Shown here: positions 17,652 to 28,171 of the stretch, piece by piece
Layout: every line of letters begins with the position of its first letter
How positions within the stretch are numbered: position 1 is the first letter of the stretch
Assembly: GCA_044229835.1 (NCBI GenBank)
Contig: JBGASF010000046.1
Coordinates: 1-49,689 of the forward strand
DNA length: 49,689 nt
Reading direction: 5' to 3'
Source: Polyangia bacterium
GTDB taxonomy: Bacteria; Myxococcota_A; Polyangia; Haliangiales; JADYYK01
Notes under the pieces: model-generated
What the model was told of the DNA's origin: nothing
The model's input: the letters and a program-made list of their open reading frames with translations, nothing else
Database searches by the model: none
Position numbers and translations under genes: made by a program

Positions 17652-19036
17652 TGGGTTGGCTCGGTTGCATTGCGGCGCTGCTCGCGGGGTGCTTGGGTGC
17701 GCTTTCTGGCTGCGGCGGCAAGGGCCGCCCTGCCACTCAGGATGGAGCGCTGACGGATGCCGGGGCCAGCGTCGACTCCGCCCAGTGTCCCACCGCCGAT
17801 GCGGCCTCATGCGCTGGCGAGTGGCCGCCTCTGACTGCGCCCGCGGCGGCCAGCTTGCAGGTGCCTTTCGAGGTCAAGTGGGCCTATGTCGAACCGCAAG
17901 GGACGGGTCTGTTCAACGTGGTCGTCCTCCCATCTGCGCAGAAGGTGGTGTTTCGCCAGGGGACCTCAGTGATTGTGTTGATGGGCCTCGACGGTGGCAA
18001 CATCCGGCGGTTTGGGCCAGTTGCAGGGGCCGACCTTGGTCTCAACATCGCTGCTGACGCGCGCGATGACTTCTACGTGGCTGGTGAGCAACAAATCTAC
18101 TCGTACTCAGCGTCTGGAACACTGCGTTGGACGACCGACCTGCCGGGGCCCTTTCCGGCAGTGAGTGGCTCACCTGGCATGGCTGGCTTCGCGATTCGCG
18201 GCGGGACTCTCTACGCGGGGGCCACTGACCGGCGCCTCCACGCGATCGATACGACAGACGGGCGAGAAAGGTGGAGCATACCGCTCGCTATCGAAGCCTC
18301 GCTCACCCATCCCGTGGGCCGCGGCGATACTCTCTTCGTTCCAGTTCTGGGAGGCGGCCTGGTTGCCGTCGACGCGACTTCGGGTGCGGTGAGATGGCAG
18401 GCCCCGTGTCCGCATCTCATTGCCCCCAACATCCCCATGCCGACGCGAAGCATGGTGCTCGGTGGATCATACGATTTTGGTGGAGTGATCCCGAAGGAGG
18501 AGACTCGGGTTTTTGCGCTCGGGAAGTGCGACGAGCTCACCACGCCGGTATCACTGAGGGGAAACCCGGACTGGTCGCTGGAGACGCGGAGCGGGGCGGT
18601 TCTGGCCAGAGTCGAGCAGCGCAACCACGCCGTGGTGGATTTTGCCCTGATCGATCTCGCATCCAATCGTGAGCTCGCTCGCCGCACCATCGGCGTCGAC
18701 GACGGCGTCCAGCGCACGTTCGCTGCGTATGTCGTCGCGATTGGCGACGACGACGTTGCTTACATCGTCGAGACCTATGTGCCGATCGGAGCGCCAGGAG
18801 AAGCCTCACGGTTGCATCGTCTGTCGCTACCGAGCCTGGCGTCGGTCGGCCCCCCCCTTGAAATCGGGGAGGGCGCCACCATAGGCTATGCCTCGGCCAT
18901 GACCGATGAGGGGCTCCTCATCGTGCCACTGGCCCGGCGAGTGGTCGCGGTGCAGACCCCAAGCCCAGGGCCACTCAAGGGAGCATGGTCGTTGTCCCAC
19001 GGTGACGCGCGCGCCTCCAAGTGGCTCGAGCCGTAG
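17636..19036 (+). CDS. PQQ-repeat beta-propeller lipoprotein (BamB-like fold), in the low-GC patch.
   Basis: Lipobox LLAGCLGALSGC. PQQ-type repeats (GTLYAGATDRRLHAIDTTDGRERWSIPL, LVAVDATSGAVRWQAP). 16-nt overlap with the upstream gene. Confidence 0.6.
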   Translation: MSGAVVGWLGCIAALLAGCLGALSGCGGKGRPATQDGALTDAGASVDSAQCPTADAASCAGEWPPLTAPAAASLQVPFEVKWAYVEPQGTGLFNVVVLPSAQKVVFRQGTSVIVLMGLDGGNIRRFGPVAGADLGLNIAADARDDFYVAGEQQIYSYSASGTLRWTTDLPGPFPAVSGSPGMAGFAIRGGTLYAGATDRRLHAIDTTDGRERWSIPLAIEASLTHPVGRGDTLFVPVLGGGLVAVDATSGAVRWQAPCPHLIAPNIPMPTRSMVLGGSYDFGGVIPKEETRVFALGKCDELTTPVSLRGNPDWSLETRSGAVLARVEQRNHAVVDFALIDLASNRELARRTIGVDDGVQRTFAAYVVAIGDDDVAYIVETYVPIGAPGEASRLHRLSLPSLASVGPPLEIGEGATIGYASAMTDEGLLIVPLARRVVAVQTPSPGPLKGAWSLSHGDARASKWLEP

Positions 19037-19063
19037 GGAAGTCTGCATTCGCTCGCCCGGCGG

Positions 19064-20413
19064 TCAGCCCTGCAGCCGCGCCGCCAGCGCGAGCAGCCCC
19101 AGCCCGAACACCAGGATTGCCGCACCGCTGGCGACCACGGCTGCGCGCCGGGTGCGATCACCACCGTCACCGGTCAACCGGCTGCGCGACTCGGGCGTCG
19201 CCAGCAGCGCCGAGGCCAGCAGGTTGCCGCCGGCGAACAGGGCGCACAGCAGGATGGCCATCGGCGCGCGCGCCGCGAAGCCGGCCAGGGCCATGGCGCC
19301 CCACACCGCCGGCGAGCGCACCGCGGTCTTCAGCGCGTCGGCGCCCGCGGGCAGCGGCGCCGTCGCCGCGCGTCGCGCCAGCGCCAGGGTCACGATGCCG
19401 ATCGCCGCCATCACGCCCGCGGCCGCCAGCCCCAGCGCGCGCGGTGGCGACAGCTGCTCGAACAGGCGCGCCACCGGCAGCGCCGCGATCCCCACCACCA
19501 GGGTGCGCGCCAGGGCGTCCGCGATCGGGCTGACCTGCACCTTGTCACTGGTCAGCGCCGCCAGCCGTGCCGGCGCCACCGCGTCGAGCGCGCCGAGGAT
19601 CAGCGCGATCACCATCATCAGCAGCGCGCCCGCCGCGCCCAGGTCGGCGCGATGCGACAGCCCCAGCCACCACGGCACCGCGCCACCACCCGCACCACCC
19701 GCCCGCGTCGCGCCGCTGCCGGGTCGGCCCGCCGCCTGCTCGGGCGCGGCGTCGTCCAGCCAGGCCACCGTGACCGAGCGATCCTCGCCGCTCAGCTCGG
19801 CCGAGCCACGCCACAGGAACTGCGAGGTCACGCCCTGACCATGACGACCGATGTGCGAGGCCACCACGCGCAGCCCCGGCTCGGCCTGCACGAAGAGCTC
19901 GGTCTCGCCGGGCAGGTCGGGCTCGAAGGAGTGATCGACGTACAGCGAGTGGCTGCGCATGCGCCGGAGCGGCGCGCGCAGCACCAGGTCGACCGAGAAC
20001 GACCCCGCGCGCGTGACCGCCTGGCCCAGCCCCACCGAGGCCTCTGCCTTGTCGACCGGGACCACCACGCCGTCGATCTCGAGGCGCACCTTGGCCAGCA
20101 CCTCGGCCTGCGCGCGCCTGGCGAACGCGGTCTGCTCGGCGTCGTCGAGCACACCGTCGCGCGAGCTGTCCATCTGCGCGCGCGCCTCCAGCGCCGGGGC
20201 GTCCCCGAAGTACAGCGTGTACACGAAGCGCACGCTGTCCTGGCTGACGTCGAGCTTGAGGTAGCGGTTGTTCAAATTGGGATCGGGGCCGACATGCGCG
20301 GCCGCCGGCGTCGCCACCGCCAGCACGCCCAGCAGGACGACGACCCCGGCCACGGCCTGGCCCAGCGCCGCGGTGCTGCCCCTGCCTGGCCTCGAGCGCC
20401 CATGCGAGCCCAC
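19064..20413 (-). CDS. Membrane protein with signal peptide, periplasmic domain and a C-terminal multi-helix hydrophobic region.
   Basis: N-terminal signal AVAGVVVLLGVLAVATPAAAH, then a soluble domain, then several predicted TM helices. No confident family assignment. Confidence 0.5.
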   Translation of the reverse strand: MGSHGRSRPGRGSTAALGQAVAGVVVLLGVLAVATPAAAHVGPDPNLNNRYLKLDVSQDSVRFVYTLYFGDAPALEARAQMDSSRDGVLDDAEQTAFARRAQAEVLAKVRLEIDGVVVPVDKAEASVGLGQAVTRAGSFSVDLVLRAPLRRMRSHSLYVDHSFEPDLPGETELFVQAEPGLRVVASHIGRHGQGVTSQFLWRGSAELSGEDRSVTVAWLDDAAPEQAAGRPGSGATRAGGAGGGAVPWWLGLSHRADLGAAGALLMMVIALILGALDAVAPARLAALTSDKVQVSPIADALARTLVVGIAALPVARLFEQLSPPRALGLAAAGVMAAIGIVTLALARRAATAPLPAGADALKTAVRSPAVWGAMALAGFAARAPMAILLCALFAGGNLLASALLATPESRSRLTGDGGDRTRRAAVVASGAAILVFGLGLLALAARLQG

Positions 20414-20585
20414 GGGCCCCGTCTATCACCTTCACGGCCCGCGGGCAAAGGCCAAAGCCCCGAAACCACGTTCAAGCTGCCTGCCGCGCCAGTCAGGCTG
20501 CTCACGGTATTGACCGGAATCGTTGGCGCACCGTAGACTCCGCCTGCCCGGTCTTGCCGGGTGAACCCGCTTCGGAGGGTAGCTT

Positions 20586-21989
20586 ATGAGGAAGTCCCTG
20601 GCCTTTGCGCTGATCGGCTGCACGAGTCTGCTCGGTTGTGGCGGTGGTGATGGTGGTGGCCCCAACCCGGCGTTCGTCGACAAGCTGCCGTGCAGCGCCG
20701 CGACCAACGTCCCGCGCGCCGGCGACCACAAGCTGGTGCTGGCCAACCTCGAGATCGCGGACGTCACCGAGGGCTTCGACTTCAACGGCGACGGCCTCAT
20801 CGACAACGTGTTCGGCAACATCGGCCCGCTGGCCAACGGCTCGATCTCCGACTCGCTGGCCAAGGGCGAGCTGGTGGTCCCGATGGAGCTGTTCGACTTC
20901 CCGGCGGTCGCCGACGACACCTGCCTGAAGATGAACTTCTATCTCGGCAAGTACCGCTTCGACGACGACAACGACAGCAAGGTCACCACCGATACCAAGG
21001 GCAAGGGTGACTGCAACGATCACGAGATGACCATCCGCCCCGGCAACCCCGAGCTGGCCGACAACGGCGTCGATGACGACTGTGACGGCCTGGCCGACGA
21101 GACCCCGGGCGCCACCGGGCAGCCCGACGTGCCGTCGACCGCGACGCGTGACATGGACGGCGACGGTCAGACCGTGGCCGCCGGCGACTGCGACGATCGG
21201 CCCACCATGGGCACCATGTCGAAGAAGATGACCGGCGCCGAGGTCTGTGGCGACGGCTTCGACAATGACTGCTCGGGCGCCGCCGACGACGGCTGCACCT
21301 TCACCGATGGCAAGGGCGCCATCCGCCTCGATCCGCTGTCGTTCAACGCCGACCAGTCGGCCAAGATCAACTTCCAGAACGCCGCCGTGAAGGCGGGGCT
21401 GCTCGACGCCGGTCCGTCCAAGTTCGAGCTCTCGGTGCCGGCCATCAGCGACTTCGACCTCAACTTGAAGATCACCGGCACCCACGTGCAGGGCAAGGTC
21501 GCCGCCAGTGGCACCAGCGTCACCATCGGCACCATGACCGAGCTGGCCAAGCTGGGCGGCGTGCTGGATCTGCGCACGCTCGATCAGGTGCGCGGCATCG
21601 AGGTCAGCCAGATCAGCCTGCGCAAGGAGGACTCGCTGCTCGACGCCGTGTTCGCCGGCGGCGTCGTGGTCGCCTTCCTGCCGCTGCCCAAGAAGGAGGG
21701 CGGCAAGTACGACCAGCAGCCCACGCCCGACATCGACGTCGATGGCGACGGCCTCGAGATCGTGTGCCAGTCGGATCCGCCCGGCAGCACCAGCTGCGCC
21801 GCCAACCCCAAGGGCGACTTCCCGGTGGTCGACCTGTGCATCGACGGCGACGGCACCGCGGTGCGTGACGCCGACATGCCGACCGGCATGCAGTGCACCG
21901 ACGCCAAGAAGGGCGACAAGTACCGCTTCGTCGATGGCATCAGCGTGGCCTTGAATTTCCGCGCGGTTCCTGTGACCTTCGCTCCGTAA
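20586..21989 (+). CDS. Secreted lipoprotein with MopE-like putative metal-binding Cys/Asp repeats.
   Basis: Lipobox ALIGCTSLLGC. Repeats DNGVDDDCDGLADE and CGDGFDNDCSGAADDGC, typical of myxobacterial metal-binding-motif lipoproteins. Good GGAGGG RBS. Confidence 0.65.
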   Translation: MRKSLAFALIGCTSLLGCGGGDGGGPNPAFVDKLPCSAATNVPRAGDHKLVLANLEIADVTEGFDFNGDGLIDNVFGNIGPLANGSISDSLAKGELVVPMELFDFPAVADDTCLKMNFYLGKYRFDDDNDSKVTTDTKGKGDCNDHEMTIRPGNPELADNGVDDDCDGLADETPGATGQPDVPSTATRDMDGDGQTVAAGDCDDRPTMGTMSKKMTGAEVCGDGFDNDCSGAADDGCTFTDGKGAIRLDPLSFNADQSAKINFQNAAVKAGLLDAGPSKFELSVPAISDFDLNLKITGTHVQGKVAASGTSVTIGTMTELAKLGGVLDLRTLDQVRGIEVSQISLRKEDSLLDAVFAGGVVVAFLPLPKKEGGKYDQQPTPDIDVDGDGLEIVCQSDPPGSTSCAANPKGDFPVVDLCIDGDGTAVRDADMPTGMQCTDAKKGDKYRFVDGISVALNFRAVPVTFAP

Positions 21990-22028
21990 GGAACTTCCGT
22001 TCGACCCCGCCGCCTCCAGGAGCCGACC

Positions 22029-22244
22029 TTGCCCACCGACGTCGTCGCACACATCACCGGAACCGTCTGGAAGATCGAGAAGCAGATCGGCGACGACGTC
22101 GCCGAGGGCGACACCCTCATCATCCTGGAATCGATGAAGATGGAGATGCCCGTCGAGGCGCCGGCCTCTGGTAAGATCCAGGCCATCAAGATCAAGGAGG
22201 GCGATCCGGTCACCGAGGGCGCCGTCCTGATCATCCTGATCTAG
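22029..22244 (+). CDS. Stand-alone biotinyl-domain protein (BCCP-like, 71 aa).
   Basis: Biotin attachment motif E-S-M-K-M-E in a hammerhead-like context (GDTLIILESMKMEMPVEAP...G). TTG start with GGAG 8 nt upstream. Confidence 0.65.
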   Translation: MPTDVVAHITGTVWKIEKQIGDDVAEGDTLIILESMKMEMPVEAPASGKIQAIKIKEGDPVTEGAVLIILI

Positions 22245-22279
22245 ACCGCCTCTCACCATCCGGATCGGAGGACGCCGCC

Positions 22280-22552
22280 ATGAAGCTCGCCGCTGCCCTG
22301 TTGTTTGCGCTGGCCGTCGCGGGGTGCGGGGCGGTGGATGGCAAGGCGGTGGGCGCCAGCTGCCGGTCATCGAGCGAGTGCGCCGACGGCCTGGTGTGCG
22401 ACACCCTGACCGACAAGTGCGCCGAGAACATCACGCTGCGGCGTGACTCCGGCGTCATCGATGCCAACATGGTCGACGACGCCGAGGTCATGGATGTGCG
22501 CCCCATCGACGTGCGCATCATCGACGCGCCGTCGATCGACGCCCGCGACTGA
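22280..22552 (+). CDS. Small secreted lipoprotein (90 aa), Cys-rich.
   Basis: Lipobox LAVAGCG. GGAGGA RBS. Confidence 0.5.
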   Translation: MKLAAALLFALAVAGCGAVDGKAVGASCRSSSECADGLVCDTLTDKCAENITLRRDSGVIDANMVDDAEVMDVRPIDVRIIDAPSIDARD

Positions 22553-22575
22553 GCCGACCCCGACCCGCCTACGGC

Positions 22576-23691
22576 CTACGGCTCCTCGACGACCGCCGGC
22601 GGCACGCCCATGGTGTTGAACGGGCGCTCCTTGAGGATGCGGCTCATGGTCTTGAAGTCGTCGAACAGCTCGCGGTCGGCCAGCATGAGGCCGATGGTGC
22701 CCTCGGCGTCGGCGACGGCCTGGGTGATCTGAGCGGTCACCTTCATGATGCGGCGCGCCTCGTCGAGGGTGCCGCGCAGCGTGGCCAGGCCCGCCAGCAG
22801 CGCCTTGCGCTTGGCCGCCGGGAGCAGCCCGCCGAGGCGCGTGATGTTGGCCTGCAGCACCACGACCTTGCCGCGCATCTCGGTGATGTCGGCCTCGACC
22901 GCCTTCATGGCCTTCCTGAAGCGCGCCACCACCGCGCGCAGGCGGGGCAGCCGCTCGCCGGGCGCCAGCTCTTCCAGCAGCAGATCGCCCTCGTGCATGG
23001 CCTCGCGCACGTGGGCCACGATGCGGCTGACCTGGCCGCGCTCGGTGGGCAGCGACTGCAGGGTGTCCCACAGCGCCCACGCCGCGACCGCGAACTCGGC
23101 GAACGCCGGGCGCTGCTGCTCCACCGCGGCGCGCAGGATCTTCATGTTCTCCAGCGAGCGCGTCAGCAGCCGGTCGGTCGGCGCCGGGGTGACGCCGCAC
23201 ACCACGTCACCATCCTTCAGGAGTGGTCCCGGCTCGACCTCACGCGGCGGCGGCAGCACCTCGATGTACTGCGGCGCCAGGATCGAGCCCTGGTTGACGA
23301 AGAACTCGGCGTTCGTGCGCAGGTTGTCGCGCTCGCTCTGCTTGATCCACAGCGTCAGCAAGATCCGCGGCGCGCTGCTCTCGTGGCCGGCCTCGGCGGC
23401 GTCGCCGAACGCGGGCGGCTCGACCGGGCACACCCGGCGGTCGCGGCTGGCGAAGGCGACGCGCTCGACCTGGCCGATCTTCTTGCCCGAGACCCGCACC
23501 GCGGTGCCCACGCCCAGCTTGCCGATGCGCCCGAGCTCCATGGTGACCTGGACGCCGGGCCCGAAGTGCCGGCCCTCGATCAGCACGGTGGTGGCCATGA
23601 AGGCCGCCACCAGGCCGATGGCGACGGCGCCGACCACGAGGCGCAGGCTGTCCTCGTTGCGGCGCTTCTTCTTTTTCGGCGGCGTGGCCAT
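22576..23691 (-). CDS. MCE/MlaD-family protein (second paralogue, with long C-terminal helical region).
   Basis: N-terminal TM helix plus MCE domain (...VRVSGKKIGQVERV...). Confidence 0.7.
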   Translation of the reverse strand: MATPPKKKKRRNEDSLRLVVGAVAIGLVAAFMATTVLIEGRHFGPGVQVTMELGRIGKLGVGTAVRVSGKKIGQVERVAFASRDRRVCPVEPPAFGDAAEAGHESSAPRILLTLWIKQSERDNLRTNAEFFVNQGSILAPQYIEVLPPPREVEPGPLLKDGDVVCGVTPAPTDRLLTRSLENMKILRAAVEQQRPAFAEFAVAAWALWDTLQSLPTERGQVSRIVAHVREAMHEGDLLLEELAPGERLPRLRAVVARFRKAMKAVEADITEMRGKVVVLQANITRLGGLLPAAKRKALLAGLATLRGTLDEARRIMKVTAQITQAVADAEGTIGLMLADRELFDDFKTMSRILKERPFNTMGVPPAVVEEP

Positions 23692-23716
23692 GGCCCGGTT
23701 CAGCGGCGCTCGCTGC

Positions 23717-24733
23717 CTATTCCTTCCACAGGAACTTCCAGGGATTGCGCTTGAGGTCGCGCACCATCTCCTTGAGGTCGAGGTAGATGGCGTCGTCCCA
23801 CACGAAGGCGCCCGCGGTGCCCTTGCCGGCGCGGATGTGGTCGACCACGCTGCCGACCTTCTTGGTGATGCCGTTGACGTTCTTGGTGAGATCCGTGACC
23901 TGATCCAGCGAGGCCAGGATCTTGTCGCGATCCTCGGGTCGGATGATGCCGGTGGCGCGGATGACGCCGTCCATCGTCTTGTTGGCCTTGTTCATCACGC
24001 CGGGCAGCTCGCGGCTGGCGGTGGCGCTGATCGACTCCACGTTGGCGATGGTCCGTGACAGCCGCGCCGGGTTGGCGATCCCCTTGCGCAGGTCGCCAAT
24101 CAGCCCCGCACCCTGCTCGGTCAGCCCCTCGGCCTTCTGCAAGAGGCCCGAGATCTGCGCCTTGTTCTCGGTCAGCAGCGCGTTGACCGTGTTCACCGTG
24201 CTGGTCGAGTCCTCGATCAGCATGGTGATCTTCTCCTTGTTCTTCTTGAGCACCCACGACACGCCGTCGAGCACGTCGAACAGGCGCGCCACGATGAGAT
24301 CGGTGCGCGGCGGATCCTCGCCGTCGGCCTCGAACCCCGGCGGCATCGCCGGCTGATCGAAGGTCCCCGGGTTGATCTCGAGGTACTGCTCGCCCAGCAC
24401 GCCGGCGGTGTTGACGTAGAACTCGGCGTTCTGGCGCACGGTGTCCTTGACCCGATCCTCCAGCCACACCACCAGGCGGACATACTCGCGCTTGCCGGTC
24501 TTGGCCGAGACCTTGCCGCCGCGGAACTGCACGCTCTTGACCTTGCCGACCTTGATGCCCGAGACCTTGACCGGCGCGCCGGGGTGGATGTTGCCCGAGT
24601 AGCGGAACGACGCGTACACGGTGTAGCCATCCGACAGCGAGAAGTTGCCGAGGATGAAGATGAAGCCGCCGAGCAGGACCAGCGCGATCAGGATCATCGC
24701 GCCCACCTTGATCTCGAGCCCTCGTTCACGCAT
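23717..24733 (-). CDS. mlaD: MCE/MlaD-family substrate-binding protein.
   Basis: TM helix GAMILIALVLLGGFIFILG. MCE domain (VKVSGIKVGKVKSV...). Confidence 0.75.
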   Translation of the reverse strand: MRERGLEIKVGAMILIALVLLGGFIFILGNFSLSDGYTVYASFRYSGNIHPGAPVKVSGIKVGKVKSVQFRGGKVSAKTGKREYVRLVVWLEDRVKDTVRQNAEFYVNTAGVLGEQYLEINPGTFDQPAMPPGFEADGEDPPRTDLIVARLFDVLDGVSWVLKKNKEKITMLIEDSTSTVNTVNALLTENKAQISGLLQKAEGLTEQGAGLIGDLRKGIANPARLSRTIANVESISATASRELPGVMNKANKTMDGVIRATGIIRPEDRDKILASLDQVTDLTKNVNGITKKVGSVVDHIRAGKGTAGAFVWDDAIYLDLKEMVRDLKRNPWKFLWKE

Positions 24734-24742
24734 GCGTGCCTC

Positions 24743-25522
24743 TCAGAATCCCGGGGTTTCCATCGGGCCGTGCGACTGCCCGGTGATGAACTGCTGCACC
24801 ACCGGATCGGTGGAGGCGCGCAGCTCGGCCGGCGTGGCACAGACGTGCACCACGCCGCGATACAGGAAGGCGACCCGATCCGCGATCGAGAAGATCGAGG
24901 TCAGATCGTGCGACACCACGATGGACGTCACGCCCAGGGTGTCGGTCAGCTCGCGGATCAGCTTGTCGATGCGCCGCGCGCTGACCGGGTCGAGGCCGGT
25001 GGTCGGCTCGTCGAACAGGACGACCTCGGGGTCCAGCGTCAGGGTCCGCGCGATGGCGGCGCGCTTGCGCATGCCGTCGCCGAGGTCGGACGGCAGGCGA
25101 TCGGCGAACTCGCCCATGTGGACCTGCTCGAGGCGGCGCATGGCCTCGGTCAGGGCGCGCGCGCCGCGCAGCCCCTTGTGCTTGCGCAGCGGCAGCGCGA
25201 CGTTGTCGAGCAGCGTCATGGAGTCGAACAGCGTCGAGTTCTGGAACACCATGCCGCACTTCTTGCGCAGCGGGTACAGCGCGGCCTCCTCGAGATCCTG
25301 CACCGGCTGGCCGTCATAGAGGATCTCGCCGGCGTCGGCCTCGATGAGGCCGATGAGGTGCTTGATGGTGACCGACTTGCCGACGCCCGAGGTGCCGATG
25401 ATGAACATGACCTCGCCGCGCCCGATCTCGAGATCGATCCCGGTCAGCACGGCCTTGCCGCCGAACGCCTTCTCGACGCCGCGGAACACGATCTTGGGGC
25501 CGCTGTTGGAGGGCTCAGCCAT
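24743..25522 (-). CDS. mlaF: Mla-type ABC ATPase, subunit 2. Consensus Walker A/B and H-loop; deviant signature motif LGDGM.
   Basis: Real gene starts at [13 protein letters not shown] (ATGA overlap with mlaE); the upstream part of track ORF 24743..26398 is junk. Walker A GTSGVGKS, Walker B VVLFDEP, H-loop VVSHD, signature region [11 protein letters not shown]. Confidence 0.8.
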   Translation of the reverse strand: MAEPSNSGPKIVFRGVEKAFGGKAVLTGIDLEIGRGEVMFIIGTSGVGKSVTIKHLIGLIEADAGEILYDGQPVQDLEEAALYPLRKKCGMVFQNSTLFDSMTLLDNVALPLRKHKGLRGARALTEAMRRLEQVHMGEFADRLPSDLGDGMRKRAAIARTLTLDPEVVLFDEPTTGLDPVSARRIDKLIRELTDTLGVTSIVVSHDLTSIFSIADRVAFLYRGVVHVCATPAELRASTDPVVQQFITGQSHGPMETPGF

Positions 25523-26316
25523 CAGCGCATCAGGTAGGTCATGAAGAAGTTGAGCAGCATGATCGAGATGGCCGCGGCGACGACGGCGTTGTTGACCGCG
25601 CGCCCGACGCCGATGGCGCCGCCCTTGACCGAGGTGCCGAAGTGGCAGCTGGTCAGCGCGATGGCCAGGCCGAACACGACCGCCTTGATGAGGCCGTGGG
25701 TGAAGTCCTCCAGGTGCAGCTGATCCTTCATGCCGTAGAACACGGTGGCGTACTCGACGTCGAGCAGGAGGTGCGAGAACAGGCCAGCGCCCAGCAGCGC
25801 GACCAGGTCGCCCATGATGACCAGGCAGACGATCGAGATCACCATCGCGACCACGCGCGGGACCACCAGGTAGCGCACCGGATCGATGGCCAGCGCGCGC
25901 AGGGCGTCGAGCTGCTCGGTGACCACCATGGTGCCGAGCTCGGCGGTGTTGTTGGCGCCGACGCGGCCGTTGAACATCAGGCCGATCAGCAGCGGCGCGA
26001 CCTCGCGCAGGGTGGCGTAGCCGGCGGCCCAGCCGATGATGCCGCGGGCGTTGAAGCGCTCCACGAAGATCCCGGCCTGGATGACCATGATGCCGCCGGT
26101 GAAGAAGGCGGTCAGCACCACGATGGGCACCGACTCGACGCCCATCTTGTAGAGGTTGCGCATGAGCTCGCGGGCGTCGAAGCGCGGCGGGATCAGCGCG
26201 CGCAGCACGCGCAGCAGGACCAGGGTGATGCCGCCGGCCTCGCGCGCGACCCCGAGGGCGCCGGCGCCGACCGCGGCCGACAGGTTGACGCTGGCGCGGC
26301 CGACGCGGCGGATCAC
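25522..26316 (-). CDS. mlaE: Mla-type ABC permease.
   Basis: MlaE/YrbE-like multi-TM protein. Couples by 4-nt overlaps to both flanking ATPase genes. Confidence 0.8.
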   Translation of the reverse strand: MIRRVGRASVNLSAAVGAGALGVAREAGGITLVLLRVLRALIPPRFDARELMRNLYKMGVESVPIVVLTAFFTGGIMVIQAGIFVERFNARGIIGWAAGYATLREVAPLLIGLMFNGRVGANNTAELGTMVVTEQLDALRALAIDPVRYLVVPRVVAMVISIVCLVIMGDLVALLGAGLFSHLLLDVEYATVFYGMKDQLHLEDFTHGLIKAVVFGLAIALTSCHFGTSVKGGAIGVGRAVNNAVVAAAISIMLLNFFMTYLMR

Positions 26317-27050
26317 AGCGGGCCCTCGCTGGAGCCGGTGATGAACTGGCGCACCGCGGGGTCGTTCGACAGCGCGATCTCGGCGGCCTCGCCGTCATAC
26401 CTCAGCCGGCCCTTGTACAGCATGGCCAGGCGGCCGGCGTAGCCGCGCAGGGCGTCGACGTCGGACGACACCGCGACCACGGTGCAGCCGGTCTCGTCCT
26501 GCTCGGCCTTGAGCAGGTCGTAGATCTTCGAGGTCGTCACCGGGTCGAGGCCGGCGGTGGGCTCGTCATAGATCACGATGTCGGGCTGCGCGATCGACGC
26601 GCGCGCGATCCCGACCCGCTTCTTCATGCCGCCCGACAGCTCGGAGGGGAACTTGTGCTCGCTGCCGGCCAGGCCGACCGCGCGCAGGCGGCGCGCCACA
26701 CGGTCCTTGATCTCGCCGTCGGGCAGGCCGCCGCGGCGCACCAGCGGGAAGGCCACGTTGTCGCCCACGGTCATGAAGTCGAACAGGGCGTAGTTCTGGA
26801 ACAGCATGCCGATGCGCATGCGCAGCGCCATCAGCTCGTCCTCGCGCTGCTTGCTCAGCGCCACCCCGGCGACCGTGATCTCGCCGCGGTCGGGGCGCAA
26901 AAGGCCACACATCAGCTTGAGCAGGACGGTCTTGCCTGACGCACCGGGTCCAATCAGCCCCCAGCGCGCGCCCTTGGGCACATGCAGGTCGACCTGCTCG
27001 AGCAGGGGCGTGTGGCCGAAGCCCTTGGCCACTTGGCTGAACCGGATCAT
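26313..27050 (-). CDS. Mla-type ABC ATPase, subunit 1. Consensus signature LSGGM but H-loop His replaced (VAVSSDVD).
   Basis: Walker [10 protein letters not shown]-loop, LSGGMKKR, Walker B IVIYDEP, then S in place of the H-loop His. Confidence 0.75.
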   Translation of the reverse strand: MIRFSQVAKGFGHTPLLEQVDLHVPKGARWGLIGPGASGKTVLLKLMCGLLRPDRGEITVAGVALSKQREDELMALRMRIGMLFQNYALFDFMTVGDNVAFPLVRRGGLPDGEIKDRVARRLRAVGLAGSEHKFPSELSGGMKKRVGIARASIAQPDIVIYDEPTAGLDPVTTSKIYDLLKAEQDETGCTVVAVSSDVDALRGYAGRLAMLYKGRLRYDGEAAEIALSNDPAVRQFITGSSEGPL

Positions 27051-27065
27051 CGGCGAACGCGGATA

Positions 27066-28171
27066 CTAACGTGATTTCGGTGCCGGTTGCGCGGATCCAG
27101 AGGCCTGGGTCACGGGCGGGCAGCCCAGCTGGGCGCGCAGCGCCGCCGCGCGGTCGCTGGAGGTCACCCGCTCGGGGTAGCGCCGGGCGTGCCGTGCCAG
27201 GGTGGCACAGGCGGCCCTGGGTTCGCCCCCGGCGGCCAGCGCGGTGGCGACCCAGACCGCGGCGTCGTCGCGCCGGGTCGAGTTGGGATAGTCGTCATAG
27301 GCGCGGCGGAAGTAGGCGAGCGCCTTGCCGGGGGCCTTCATGTCCTCGAGGGCGATGCGCCCGGCCTCGATGGCGGCGTCGGGCAGGTAGGGCGAGTTGT
27401 ACGACCCGATCATGCGCGCGGTCGCCTTGGTGCGCAGGAACTCCTCCAGGTGATCGATGGCCTCCTGGGGCCGGCCCAGGCCGCGCAGGATCTTGGCGGC
27501 GGTGCGCCAGGAGTCGTCGCGCAGGCCGGATTTCGGGTACTCCAGCGGCAGCCGGTCGTACAGCTTCAGGGCGCCTTCGAGGTCGCCGCGGTCCTGGGTC
27601 AGCAGGGCCGCCTCGAACAGCAGGTTGTCGCCCACCGTGGTGCCGGGCACCTGCGGCTCGAGCTCGAGCAGGATGGCCAAGAGGTGCGCCTGGTCGTGGC
27701 GGCGGCCCTCGCGCACCAGCACGCGCAGGGCGTCATCGGCCGCGGCCGAGTCGGGGTAGCCCAGGATGACCTTGTAGTGCAGCTCGTGGGCGCGCTGGTT
27801 CTGGCCGCTGTGCATCAGCAGATCGGCGGCGCGCTCCAGGGCGCGCGAGGCGGCGCGCCCGCGGTTGCCGACCATGTCGGGGATGACCAGGAAGGCGGCC
27901 ACGGCCTCATTGATCCGCATCAGGCGCGCCAGCGCCATGCCACGGCCCAGCGCGGCCGGCCCGCACACCTTGCGCAGGGTCCAGTCGCTGACGTCGCGCG
28001 GCGCGCCCTGGCAGCGCCTGTCGACCAGGCCGGAGTACAGCTTCAGGGCGTCGTCCCAGCGGCCCTGATCGCCGGCGCGCTCGGCCTCGGTCAGCTCGCG
28101 CGGGACCGCGCTGGGGCCACAGCCGGCCAGCGCGGCGCAGACCAGCAGCACGACGCCGAGACGGCCGGGCT

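Noticed and set aside
24743-26398. 551-aa ORF treated as a single gene
   Set aside because: Composite: the true MlaF-type ATPase begins at MAEPSNSG (25522). The upstream half overlaps mlaE out of frame.
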